Positions 18,591 through 27,337 are shown, counted from the first letter of the stretch. The stretch: 40,511 bases of DNA from Parcubacteria group bacterium GW2011_GWF2_45_11 (GCA_001001205.1 LCKE01000002.1:1-40511), one strand, 5' to 3'. Notes: a model not told the origin generated them from the letters alone. Numbers and translations are program-made.

Positions 18591-19142
18591 TTATAGATTG
18601 ATGATTTTTCTGACCTTTTTTAAGGCGCGGTGCAGTTTAACGCCCACGGCATTAACTGACAGGTTGAGAATTTCCGCAATTTCTTCGTAACTTTTTTCCT
18701 GAAAATATCTTAGGGCCACCAGGTTTTTTTCAAAATCCGGCAGTTGGTCTACCGCTTTTTTTAGTTCCGTGATCCTGATTTGTTCGTCAAAGTCGGCGTA
18801 AGGCTCCAGAGGCGGCAGTTGCTGATCAGCCAGGCTGATCAAGGTTTCCTCTTCGGTTACCACCAGCCTGTTATGTTTGCGGTAATAAGAATTAAGGTTA
18901 TTGATGGCGATGCGGTAAAGCCAGGCGCCAAAGGAAACATTACGCCACCTGAATTTAGCCATGTTTTCCAGGGCGTTTACAAAGGTTTGCGAGGTAATGT
19001 CTTCTGCCAGTTCCACTTGGCCGGCACGGGCTAAAATAAAATGGTATATTTTATCAAAATAGAGCTGATAGAGTTTATTAAAAGCCGCGGGGTTTTTTTG
19101 GGCATTTATGACCAGCTCGCGTTCCTGCGACAAATCCGTCAT
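18591..19142 (-). CDS. ECF-type sigma-70 factor
   Basis: AF..LY..Y...IY, AEDITSQTF, FGAWLYRIA.N (region 2); SYEEIAEIL..S..AV...LHRA (region 4). Confidence 0.95.
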   Translation of the reverse strand: MTDLSQERELVINAQKNPAAFNKLYQLYFDKIYHFILARAGQVELAEDITSQTFVNALENMAKFRWRNVSFGAWLYRIAINNLNSYYRKHNRLVVTEEETLISLADQQLPPLEPYADFDEQIRITELKKAVDQLPDFEKNLVALRYFQEKSYEEIAEILNLSVNAVGVKLHRALKKVRKIINL

Positions 19143-19169
19143 CTGCGTAAGTACTCCTTTATCATAAGT

Positions 19170-19198
19170 TATAACGCTTAAGTGTTAAAAATATTTCA
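19170..19198 (-). promoter_or_regulatory. ECF sigma autoregulatory promoter
   Basis: TGAAATATTTTT-aacacttaa-GCGTTATA followed by an AAAGGAG Shine-Dalgarno. Confidence 0.75.
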
Positions 19199-19276
19199 AA
19201 ACCCTAAAAGGTTATTTATATGCACCGTGCTACTTTTATTATGATATTAAACATAAAAGTGGCGCTTATGAATACC

Positions 19277-20359
19277 CTATGAAACGGCGCTGGATTTATT
19301 GAACAAAAAGCAGGCCACGTCGCCATCCTGGATTTCGTAGTTTCGGCCTTCGGTTTTAATCAGGCCGACTTCTTTGGCCTTAGTTTCGCCGCCGGCTTCG
19401 AGCAGTTTGGCCCAGTTGACGATTTCCGCCCTAATAAAGCCTTTTTCGAAATCGGTATGAATCCGTCCGGCGGCCTGGGGGGCTTTGGTACCTTTAACAA
19501 TGGTCCAAGCGTGGGCTTCCTTGGGCCCGGCGGTAAAGAAAGTCAGGAGATTTAAAAGGTTATAAGATTGTAAGATCAATTTATCCAAACCGGTTTGGGC
19601 AATGCCGGCGGCTTGAAGATATTCCTTGACTTCATTTTCCGGCAATCCGGCCAGATCGGCTTCCAGTTTGGCACAGACAGTCAAATAAGGCGTTTGGGCT
19701 CCGGCTATGGGTGTGGTTAAATTTTCTTCCGCTACGTTATAAACGTAAAGCAAAGGCTTGTAAGTCAGAAGGTTCAATTCTTTGACGAATTTTTTGTCTT
19801 CTTCGGCCAGGGTTAAATTTATGGCAAATTTTTCGGCCGCCAGAGTATTTTTAAGCTCTTGAATGATTTCAATATTTTTCAGCAAGTTTTTATCGGCTGA
19901 GCCCTTGACCTGTTTTTCCAGATTATTCAGCCTTTTATTGACGGTGTCCAAATCGGCCAAAATCAATTCCCAATTGATGGTTTTGATATCGTCTTCAGGA
20001 TCAATTTTGCCGTGGACATGGATAATATCGTCATTTTTAAAATCTCTGACGACCTCAACAATGGCGTCAACTTCCCGGATGTGGGATAAAAATTTGTTGC
20101 CCAGGCCTTCGCCCTCGGAAGCGCCTTTGACCAGGCCGGCGATGTCCACGAATTCAATGGTGGTGGGCACGGTTTTAGGCGCCTGATAGAGTTGAGTCAG
20201 CCGGTCCAAGCGTTCATCCGGCACGGCCACCACGCCGATATTTGGTTCAATGGTGCAAAAAGGATAATTAGAAGCATCCACCTGTTTTTTGGTTAGGGCG
20301 GTGAAAAGGGTTGATTTGCCGACGTTGGGCAGACCGACAATGCCGATGGAAAAACTCAT
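19277..20359 (-). CDS. ychF: Redox-regulated ATPase YchF
   Basis: [53 protein letters not shown]. Confidence 0.98.
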   Translation of the reverse strand: MSFSIGIVGLPNVGKSTLFTALTKKQVDASNYPFCTIEPNIGVVAVPDERLDRLTQLYQAPKTVPTTIEFVDIAGLVKGASEGEGLGNKFLSHIREVDAIVEVVRDFKNDDIIHVHGKIDPEDDIKTINWELILADLDTVNKRLNNLEKQVKGSADKNLLKNIEIIQELKNTLAAEKFAINLTLAEEDKKFVKELNLLTYKPLLYVYNVAEENLTTPIAGAQTPYLTVCAKLEADLAGLPENEVKEYLQAAGIAQTGLDKLILQSYNLLNLLTFFTAGPKEAHAWTIVKGTKAPQAAGRIHTDFEKGFIRAEIVNWAKLLEAGGETKAKEVGLIKTEGRNYEIQDGDVACFLFNKSSAVS

Positions 20360-20426
20360 TTAGGCTGACGTTAATTGATTACTAGTGTAATAGAATAACG
20401 GCGTTTTGGCAATGTCAACCAGCCAT

Positions 20427-20455
20427 TTGTCAATCATGATAAAGGCGGATATAAT
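20427..20455 (+). promoter_or_regulatory. sigma70-type promoter, divergent from ychF
   Basis: TTGTCA-17 nt-TATAAT. Confidence 0.7.
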
Positions 20456-20461
20456 GAATAA

Positions 20462-20735
20462 AATATGATTGACGATCTGAGACTGTTGGCTGGCAGATTA
20501 CTTTTATCCAGCACCTTTTCTAATACCCTGCGGTCTTAGCCAACCCTACCCTGAAGTATAGTTAAATATACTTCAGGGGGGTGTTTAGGAATATCCTTAC
20601 CGCAAAGGTGCTGGATTTATTGACGCTGGGAGTTATTACCGACGCTTCCGGCCCGACTCTTATTTTGCCTTTTGCTCCGGTTTTGGCACCGGCGCTGGCT
20701 TAAAAGCAAGTTTAAGGGTAAGATAAAGTCAATTA
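20462..20735 (+). ncRNA. Candidate structured RNA or long leader of unknown family, upstream of the Translin/TRAX gene
   Basis: Nested helices ATCCAGCACCTT/AAGGTGCTGGAT, TGCGGT/ACCGCA and CCCTGAAGTATA/TATACTTCAGGG (20506-20616), a second imperfect stem at about 20660-20726, and possible ATTGAC/GTCAAT end pairing. Confidence 0.45.
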
Positions 20736-20833
20736 ATTATTATGCTCCCAAAAAATTAATAGCCATCAACCGAATTTATTCCATCATCCTGTAACTGATA
20801 ATTAAAGATTGAGCTAACATTAATCATCCAATT

Positions 20834-21406
20834 ATGATCAAGAAAACATTTTTAGCCAACATCAAAAAAAATCTGGACACCTATCAAAAAGAAAGAAACG
20901 TGATTATCAATCAGTCGCGGCAGATTTTGCAGGCCGCTAAAAAAAGCATTTTCGCCTGGCACCGGCTGGATCAAAAACAGGCCAAAAACGCGCTGGCCGA
21001 AGCTGAAAAGGTTTTAAGCAGTTTGGGTAAAACCTATAATAAAGCCAGCCGTTTGAAATTTGAAGGCAGTTTTAAGGCGGCGGTGGAGGAATACGTGGAA
21101 GCCAAATTGTTCAGTTTGGTGATGAACAAAAAAAATATTGAGGCCATCAAGCTGGATAACATCGGGCCGGAAGAATACATCGGCGGCTTGTGCGATTTAA
21201 CCGGCGAACTGGTGCGGCAGGCGGTTTTGCAGGCAACTAAAGGCAATTTTAAGGAATTGGAAAGGTATCGTTCAATTGCCGAAGAAGTGGTGGGATTTTT
21301 GTTAACTTTATATTTAACCGGCTACCAAAGGCAGAAGTTTGACGACGCCAAGCGTAATCTTAAACGTTTAGAGCAAATTATATACGAAGTGAGATTGCGC
21401 GGTTAA
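20834..21406 (+). CDS. Translin/TRAX (C3PO)-family protein
   Basis: R..II..SR.I....K..IF..HR, EEYVEA, YIGGLCDLTGELVR.AV and R.K.D..K..L..LE motifs in an all-helical 190-aa protein. Confidence 0.9.
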   Translation: MIKKTFLANIKKNLDTYQKERNVIINQSRQILQAAKKSIFAWHRLDQKQAKNALAEAEKVLSSLGKTYNKASRLKFEGSFKAAVEEYVEAKLFSLVMNKKNIEAIKLDNIGPEEYIGGLCDLTGELVRQAVLQATKGNFKELERYRSIAEEVVGFLLTLYLTGYQRQKFDDAKRNLKRLEQIIYEVRLRG

Positions 21407-21461
21407 AAAATCTGACGCGGTTGGCATCTTACTTACGCCAGAGCGCTTTAATATTTAAATT

Positions 21462-21605
21462 ATGAGGAAGCACGTATTATCCAGATCCATCAGAAAATAC
21501 ATCCGCCGGCAGAAAGCCCAAATCCGCCGGAAGTTTTCTGGTAATCAAGAAGCCGAAATGAAGATTAAGGAATTAATGGGTAAGTTTTTTAGTCAGCAAA
21601 CTTAA
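21462..21605 (+). CDS. Small basic protein (47 aa)
   Basis: MRKHVLSRSIRKYIRRQKAQIRRKFSGNQEAEMKIKELMGKFFSQQT*; stop overlaps the next ATG (TAATG). Confidence 0.65.
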   Translation: MRKHVLSRSIRKYIRRQKAQIRRKFSGNQEAEMKIKELMGKFFSQQT

Positions 21606-22547
21606 TGAGTAAATTTGAACAACCTCAAGCGCCTTTTATTATTGAGCAAGGTCAGCTTGAACATCCAGGCAGAGTTTATATTTGATGAAGGTGAAATGAT
21701 GCGTGAAATCGGTCCGGATATTATGGAAGATTTGGAAACCATTTAAAATCAGGATCTTAAAAAAACAGCTGAAAGGTATGGCGTAGTTTTTGTGCATGCT
21801 ACTCATCCCACATATATTCCGGAAGAAAACTCCCCATTACGCGGACAAAAAAACGTTACCTGGGACCAAAAAGTCAGAATCGTGATGAATACAAAACCGG
21901 AAATTTCATGTTCAGCTATTAAGCCCGGGGATGGAAGATATATGTTTTGGTCGCATGCTGGCGTGGTGCTGTCCGGGGGAACTATTAAATATGCCAGCGT
22001 AAGTGATGGCGGCACCCAAGTAAACAAAGAAGGCAAAAGAACCTTTAATAATAATGGAGACAGTCTTGGACAACAGGTTTCCCAGACTTTTAATTCAGAG
22101 TACGGACATTATAATGAATTTGTGGTGGCGGATCCACATGTAGCAGGTCTGTTTATAGTTTCTTCGGATCCGGAAGATAAAACTTTGCATTATGACGATA
22201 TTGTCAGCTATGATGAACTCATAAAAATGGCGGAAGAATTTAACTTACCGGCTTATGTTTTTTATAAAGGCGAATTATATGAGCTAAAACAAGAAGAAAT
22301 TGAAGTCGAAGTAAGGAGAAGTTATTATTATCAGGATAAGGAGCCCGAGGAGGGAAAATATGAAACTTATCATAAAATTACCAGCCAGCAGCGAAAAGAA
22401 TTATATGATCAGGGATATATACTTAATGACAAAGTGGTTATCTCTGACAATGCTTCATCCGGCTTTGAAAATAAAAAAGTCAGGTTAAAAGTTTTTAAAA
22501 TGGATAAAAAAGCTGATATTTATAAGGAAGAAGACAAGGATGACTAA
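21605..22547 (+). pseudogene. Hypothetical protein with disrupted 5' end (intact portion 21792..22547)
   Basis: MSKFEQPQ... from 21605, a frameshift near 21670, an in-frame TAA at 21744-21746, then open into the 251-aa ORF. Confidence 0.6.
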
Positions 22548-24579
22548 AACCTTTGTTTTACAAAATCAGAAAAAATCTGCTGATTTTAAAATTGATTATC
22601 AAAAGGAGCTGAATCAGGAACAATACCGAGCTGTGAGTGAGGGCAATGGCCCTTGTTTAGTCTTAGCCGGAGCAGGTTCGGGCAAAACCAGAACTATTGT
22701 CTACCGGGTGGCTTACTTAATTGAACACGGGATTAAATCGGAAAATATTTTATTAGTCACCTTTACCAATAAGGCGGCCAGGGAAATGCTGGAGCGCGTT
22801 GAAGCCTTATTGGGCCGGTATCCGGATAAGCTGTGGGGTGGCACTTTTCATCATATCGGCAATCGTTTGCTCCGGCAATATGCCGTGAAAGTCGGCTATG
22901 AGCCAAATTTTACTATTTTAGACGAGGAAGACAGCCAGGCCTTAATCAAAGTTTGTCTTAAAGAAGCTGGCATTGATCTCAAGGCGCGCCGTTTTCCTTC
23001 AGCGGCGGTGATTAAAGATCTGATCAGTTTTGCCAAGAATTCCCAGATTCCCCTGATTGAGGTCATAACAACCAAGCATCCCAAGTGGCTGGAGATTGAA
23101 AACCAGATACAAAATATCAGCCGGCAGTACGAAGTCAAAAAACAGAAAAATAATTCCATGGATTTTGACGATTTACTGGTTAACTGGCTTAGGCTGTTAA
23201 AACAGGAGCCGGCCATCAAGGATCGTTTAGGCACCCAGTTCCATTACATTTTGGTTGACGAATATCAGGACACCAATTACATTCAGGCGGAAATTATCAA
23301 AGAACTGTCCTGCGTCCATCATAATGTTTTGGTGGTGGGCGACGACGCCCAGAGCATTTATTCTTTTAGGGCGGCGGACATCGGCAACATCCTGAATTTT
23401 CCCGCAAATTTTCCGCAAACCAAAATTTTTAAACTGGAAACCAATTACCGTTCCACGCCGGAGATTTTAAGCGTGGCCAACAAGGTTATCAGCCAGAACG
23501 TCAATCAATACCCAAAATTGCTGCGACCGATGCTCAAGAGTTTCGTCAAGCCGAATCTGGTGCCGGCAACCTCGGCCGCCGAAGAAGCCCAGTTTATCAG
23601 CCAGATGATTTTGCAGCTTCGGGACGAAGGTCTGGCTTTGAATAAAATGGCGGTTTTGTTTCGGGCGGCTTACCACAGCCAGGAACTGGAATTTGAGCTG
23701 ACCAAGCGCGACATTCCTTATGATTACCGCGGCGGCGTGCGGTTTTTTGAGCGGTCTCATATTAAGGATGCCTGCGCTTTTTTAAAAGTCATAAATAACC
23801 TTAAAGATGAAGTCGCCTGGCTGAGAGTGTTAAATTTACAGACGGGTATAGGCGAGGTCACGGCCGGCAAAATATATCAGAGGCTCAAGGATTTAAAGAC
23901 AATGGCGCAGGTCAGCCGGCTGGATATTTCCGATATTTTAACGCCTAAGTCCGCCATCGGCTGGCGAGGGCTGGCGGGAATTTTTGACGATCTAAAATCC
24001 GTTATTGACGATCAGTCGGTCTCAGAGCTGATCAGAGCCGTGGCTAAGTCCGACTATCAGAATTATTTGGAATCGCAGTTTCCCAACTGGCAGGAGCGTC
24101 TTGAAGACCTGGAGCAATTGGCCAAGTTCGCCGAAAATTACATGTCGCTCAACGCTTTTTTGTCAGAAATCAGCCTGCAGGAAGGCTTTGGCGCCGACCG
24201 CGGCCAGGCCGGCCGGGCCGATGAAGCAAAGTTAGTCTTAACCACCATCCATCAGGCCAAGGGTTTGGAGTGGGAAGTGGTTTTTGTCATTAATTTGATT
24301 GATGCGGCTTTTCCCAACCAGCGCGCATTAAGCGAAGACGGAGGGCTGGAAGAGGAACGGCGGTTGTTTTATGTGGCCATCACCCGGGCAAAACAGCAGC
24401 TGTTTTTTAGCTACCCCGTAACCGGCAGCCACGCTTCTATGTATTTAAATACGCCTTCGCAGTTTTTAGGCGAGATTCCGGCAGAGTTAATGGAGAAAGT
24501 TAAGTTGATTGACGATAGCCGCTGGATTAAAAATGAAGACTTAGACGATGGCGAGGTTCAATATTTGCCCGAAGTTTAG
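22540..24579 (+). CDS. pcrA: UvrD/PcrA-family SF1 DNA helicase
   Basis: LAGAGSGKT, TFTNKAA, VDEYQDTN, VGDDAQSIY.FR, NYRS, TIHQAKGLEW, EERRLFYVAITRA. Confidence 0.93.
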   Translation: MTKTFVLQNQKKSADFKIDYQKELNQEQYRAVSEGNGPCLVLAGAGSGKTRTIVYRVAYLIEHGIKSENILLVTFTNKAAREMLERVEALLGRYPDKLWGGTFHHIGNRLLRQYAVKVGYEPNFTILDEEDSQALIKVCLKEAGIDLKARRFPSAAVIKDLISFAKNSQIPLIEVITTKHPKWLEIENQIQNISRQYEVKKQKNNSMDFDDLLVNWLRLLKQEPAIKDRLGTQFHYILVDEYQDTNYIQAEIIKELSCVHHNVLVVGDDAQSIYSFRAADIGNILNFPANFPQTKIFKLETNYRSTPEILSVANKVISQNVNQYPKLLRPMLKSFVKPNLVPATSAAEEAQFISQMILQLRDEGLALNKMAVLFRAAYHSQELEFELTKRDIPYDYRGGVRFFERSHIKDACAFLKVINNLKDEVAWLRVLNLQTGIGEVTAGKIYQRLKDLKTMAQVSRLDISDILTPKSAIGWRGLAGIFDDLKSVIDDQSVSELIRAVAKSDYQNYLESQFPNWQERLEDLEQLAKFAENYMSLNAFLSEISLQEGFGADRGQAGRADEAKLVLTTIHQAKGLEWEVVFVINLIDAAFPNQRALSEDGGLEEERRLFYVAITRAKQQLFFSYPVTGSHASMYLNTPSQFLGEIPAELMEKVKLIDDSRWIKNEDLDDGEVQYLPEV

Positions 24580-24587
24580 CGTAGCCA

Positions 24588-24680
24588 TCAAAGAATCAAG
24601 AAAACAAGAAATCAAGAAATCCTTTAGACTTCGCTCAGGGCAGGCAAGAAAACAAGAAATTAATAAAACAAGAAAATAAA
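24588..24680 (+). repeat. Degenerate 8-mer array (CAAGAAAW) interrupted by a short GC-rich element
   Basis: caagaaaa-caagaaat-caagaaat-[CCTTTAGACTTCGCTCAGGGCAGG]-caagaaaa-caagaaat-taataaaa-caagaaaa. Confidence 0.75.
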
Positions 24681-24777
24681 AGGACAGACTTGATTTTTGA
24701 AGAGTGGTAACGGCAATCAGTGCGTTTCTTTTTTTTGTTTAAATATGTTAAAATATTAAAACTTATGAAAGTTATTT

Positions 24778-25125
24778 ATGAAAATCAGCGGCTTAGTTAT
24801 TAAAGGCAAAGGCGAAGGCGTGACCTTGGGTTTTCCTACGGCTAATCTTAAAATTACCAGCCCTTTAGCTTTAGAAAACGGCGTTTATGCGGCCGTGACT
24901 ACATTGCAGGGTAAAAGTTATCAATCTCTAGCCGTCAGAGGCATGGCCGGCGATTTAGAGGTTTATCTCCTGGGTTTTGTCGGTGATTTATATGATCAAA
25001 AATTAGAGGTGGAGCTGGGAGTTAAAATCAGCGATTTAATTGAAGCCACCGGCCGAGACGAGTTGGTAGCTAAAATTGAAACGGATATTGAGCGGGCAAA
25101 GGCATATTTTAGCCGGCGCGGATAG
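24778..25125 (+). CDS. Stand-alone riboflavin kinase
   Basis: G.VIKG.G.G..LGFPTANL, GVYA, EVYLL.F.GDLY, L...I..D; no FAD synthetase domain. Confidence 0.9.
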   Translation: MKISGLVIKGKGEGVTLGFPTANLKITSPLALENGVYAAVTTLQGKSYQSLAVRGMAGDLEVYLLGFVGDLYDQKLEVELGVKISDLIEATGRDELVAKIETDIERAKAYFSRRG

Positions 25126-25137
25126 TTCACTCGCCTG

Positions 25138-25249
25138 CGCTACCTCCCACGCTACCTCCTACGCTACCTCCTACGCTAAAGCTTCGGCGGTCAAGAAAGC
25201 TTCGGCGGTCAAGAAAGCTTCGGCGGTCAAGAAAGCTTCGGCGGTCAAG
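25138..25249 (+). repeat. Compound tandem repeat: 3 x 12-mer CGCTACCTCCYA, then 4 x 18-mer AAAGCTTCGGCGGTCAAG
   Basis: 12-mers at 25138, 25150, 25162; exact 18-mers at 25178, 25196, 25214, 25232; a degenerate fifth copy follows. Confidence 0.95.
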
Positions 25250-25338
25250 AACGCTTAGGCGAAGCCGGCCGATCATCACTGATTAAGCCGTGATGACCGA
25301 TGGGGAAGATTATTTAACCTTATTAACTATTGATCCGG

Positions 25339-26115
25339 ATGAGTGATAAATTAGTTTTGGACCTGGAAACCAAGCAAAGCTTTGATGAAGTCGGTGGCTT
25401 TCATAATACCGCCAAACTGGATGTTTCCTTATGCGGCGTTTATTCTTACGAACATGATCAGTATCGTGCTTTTAAAGAACCTGAATTTGCGGAATTGGGG
25501 GACTGGCTTAAAAGCGCTTCGTTGATTATCGGTTTTAACAGCAAGAGTTTTGATTTTACCGTCTTACAGAAATATTATAAATTTAAACTGTCCAAACTGC
25601 CGCACTTGGATATTTTAGAAGAGATCAGCAGAACTTTAGGCCATCGCTTGAAGCTGGAATCATTGGCTCAGTCAACTTTGGGCGAGGGCAAGTCGGGCAC
25701 GGGCTTAGACGCCATTTGGTATTATAAAAACAACCAGTGGGACAAGCTGGAAAAATATTGTCTGGATGACGTCAGGGTCACCAAGGAGGTTTATGAGTAT
25801 GGCAAGCGCCATGGCCATTTGTGGTACGACAAAATGGGCCACAAAGAGCCGATTCCGGTTCGTTGGGGCAACGGGGAAAACATCAGGGAGCTGCTGGTGA
25901 AATCATTCAAAAACGGCGAGCAGGTAGAGATTGATTATTTAAAAACCGAAACGGAAGAGCGGCAGAAAGTCACCATTGATATCAAGCATATCAGCCAGAA
26001 TCAGGTGCAGGCTTTTTGTCAGCGGCGGCAGGCGATTAAGGTGTTTAACATAGATAAGATAATTAACGTCCAGACGGTGGGGCGGCAGGAGCATTTTCAG
26101 AGCAAATTATTTTAA
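25339..26115 (+). CDS. RNase H-like DEDD exonuclease (YprB/MrfB-like) fused to a C-terminal WYL-like domain
   Basis: LDLET, GFNS..FD, YCLDDV; C-terminal V.IDY...AFCQRRQAIKVFNIDKI. Confidence 0.8.
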   Translation: MSDKLVLDLETKQSFDEVGGFHNTAKLDVSLCGVYSYEHDQYRAFKEPEFAELGDWLKSASLIIGFNSKSFDFTVLQKYYKFKLSKLPHLDILEEISRTLGHRLKLESLAQSTLGEGKSGTGLDAIWYYKNNQWDKLEKYCLDDVRVTKEVYEYGKRHGHLWYDKMGHKEPIPVRWGNGENIRELLVKSFKNGEQVEIDYLKTETEERQKVTIDIKHISQNQVQAFCQRRQAIKVFNIDKIINVQTVGRQEHFQSKLF

Positions 26116-26146
26116 GTCGCGAATGACGCGCGAATAACTCATGCAT

Positions 26147-26542
26147 ATGTCACGTTTAATTTTTTCATTATTGCTGGCGTTGGTCTTAATCACGGCTTGC
26201 GGCGTGGCACGGCCCAAACCGGAGTTTGACCTTGCCAAGGTGAACATGGGCTTGGAGTCTGGTCTGGCTTTAAATAAGGCCTATGATTTGTATCACCAGG
26301 CAATAGAAAACGGCCAGGATTTGTCCGATGGCCCCTGTTTGTCTAACAGCTTGCATGGCAATCCAGATCATCCTCAAACCATGTGGGTGCTGGATATCGC
26401 ACATAATCCACGAGAGCCGGCCGATAATCAGCCGGTCAATCAATGCCAGGCTTACCGTGAAGGCTTGGCGGAAAATTTTATTGAACTGGATCCCGCCGGC
26501 CAGCTGATTCGTTTATACTCCCCGTCCTTATCAAATAATTAA
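26147..26542 (+). CDS. Putative lipoprotein
   Basis: Hydrophobic signal with ITA-C lipobox; two further Cys (GPCLSN, NQC). Confidence 0.75.
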   Translation: MSRLIFSLLLALVLITACGVARPKPEFDLAKVNMGLESGLALNKAYDLYHQAIENGQDLSDGPCLSNSLHGNPDHPQTMWVLDIAHNPREPADNQPVNQCQAYREGLAENFIELDPAGQLIRLYSPSLSNN

Positions 26543-26604
26543 TGTTCAATCATTGATTAAATATCGATGAACAATGAGCAATGGTGTTTAATAGTAGGTT
26601 TGAT

Positions 26605-26912
26605 ATGATATTTATACAGTTTGTAAGAATAAAACCGAAGCAAAAAAGATAGCCACAATGTTGCTTAAATTAAAGTTGATTGCTTGCGCTAATTATTGGC
26701 CGGCAGAGTCAGTTTACCGTTGGCAGAATAAAATCGTTAACGGCCGGGAGGTTGTTCTTATTTTAAAAACCAGGAAAAATTATTACAAAAAAATCGAGGG
26801 TTTAATTAAAAAAATGCATAGCGATGAAACGCCGTGCCTCTTAAAAATAATGCCGGCGCAGGTTGAGCCGGACTATTTAGCCTGGCTGAAGCGCGAGACC
26901 CGGATTATTTGA
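26605..26912 (+). pseudogene. cutA: CutA divalent-cation tolerance protein with a 5' frameshift
   Basis: YTVCKNKTEAKKIATMLL..KLIACAN, SVYRW, HSDETPC. The natural ATG at 26605 (MIFI) is out of frame with the body. Confidence 0.8.
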
Positions 26913-26944
26913 GCCAGCCAATCATAAATAAAAAAAGCCCGCAA

Positions 26945-27337
26945 CTATTTCGCGAGCTTTTGGTGTTTTCCGAGGAGGCGCATCAATATAGACTGCGCCA
27001 TAATTTTTTTATTATCGGAAGCTGGTCGCCCTCTGCTTATGATCTGGCCATTTTTTTCTATGGTCAGGTCACAAAAACTAAAACTCCCGGGACTCAGGAC
27101 CGTTATCCGGATTTTTTCATGGCTCAGTTCTCTAAGCCAAATCCAAGACTTCATCCCTGACGTGCCGATTTGAAACACGGATTCAAATTTTAAAATGGAG
27201 CCCAGTGAGCCATAGCGCCTAATCAGGCCTGCCATGACTTCTGCTTGGAAAACCCGCTCCGTTAAGGGTTTTATATTATTCGTTAATTCCTTCAGAATTT
27301 TTTCTAACCGGTCTTGATCTGATCCTGGACTGGCCAT
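26945..27337 (-). CDS. Hypothetical protein (130 aa)
   Basis: ATG at 27337 preceded by AGGGAG; no recognised motif. Confidence 0.55.
   Translation of the reverse strand: MASPGSDQDRLEKILKELTNNIKPLTERVFQAEVMAGLIRRYGSLGSILKFESVFQIGTSGMKSWIWLRELSHEKIRITVLSPGSFSFCDLTIEKNGQIISRGRPASDNKKIMAQSILMRLLGKHQKLAK

Noticed and set aside
20462-20735. RNase P RNA, tmRNA or SRP RNA
   Set aside because: No GAGGAAAGUCC motif, no tRNA-like ends or tag ORF, and no SRP helix-8 motif recognised on either strand.
21744-21746. Stop-codon reassignment (genetic code 25)
   Set aside because: The interrupting stop is TAA, Gly/Trp use standard codons, TGA terminates queH, and long genes are open under code 11.
25138-25249. 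CRISPR array
   Set aside because: Repeats are directly adjacent with no unique spacers, and there are no cas genes.
25076-25258. 60-aa ORF with ATSY/KASAVK repeats
   Set aside because: It is simply the translation of the tandem repeat, overlaps the riboflavin kinase and has no start signal.
26909-27160. 83-aa plus-strand ORF
   Set aside because: Antisense to the better supported 26945..27337 ORF, which has a Shine-Dalgarno.
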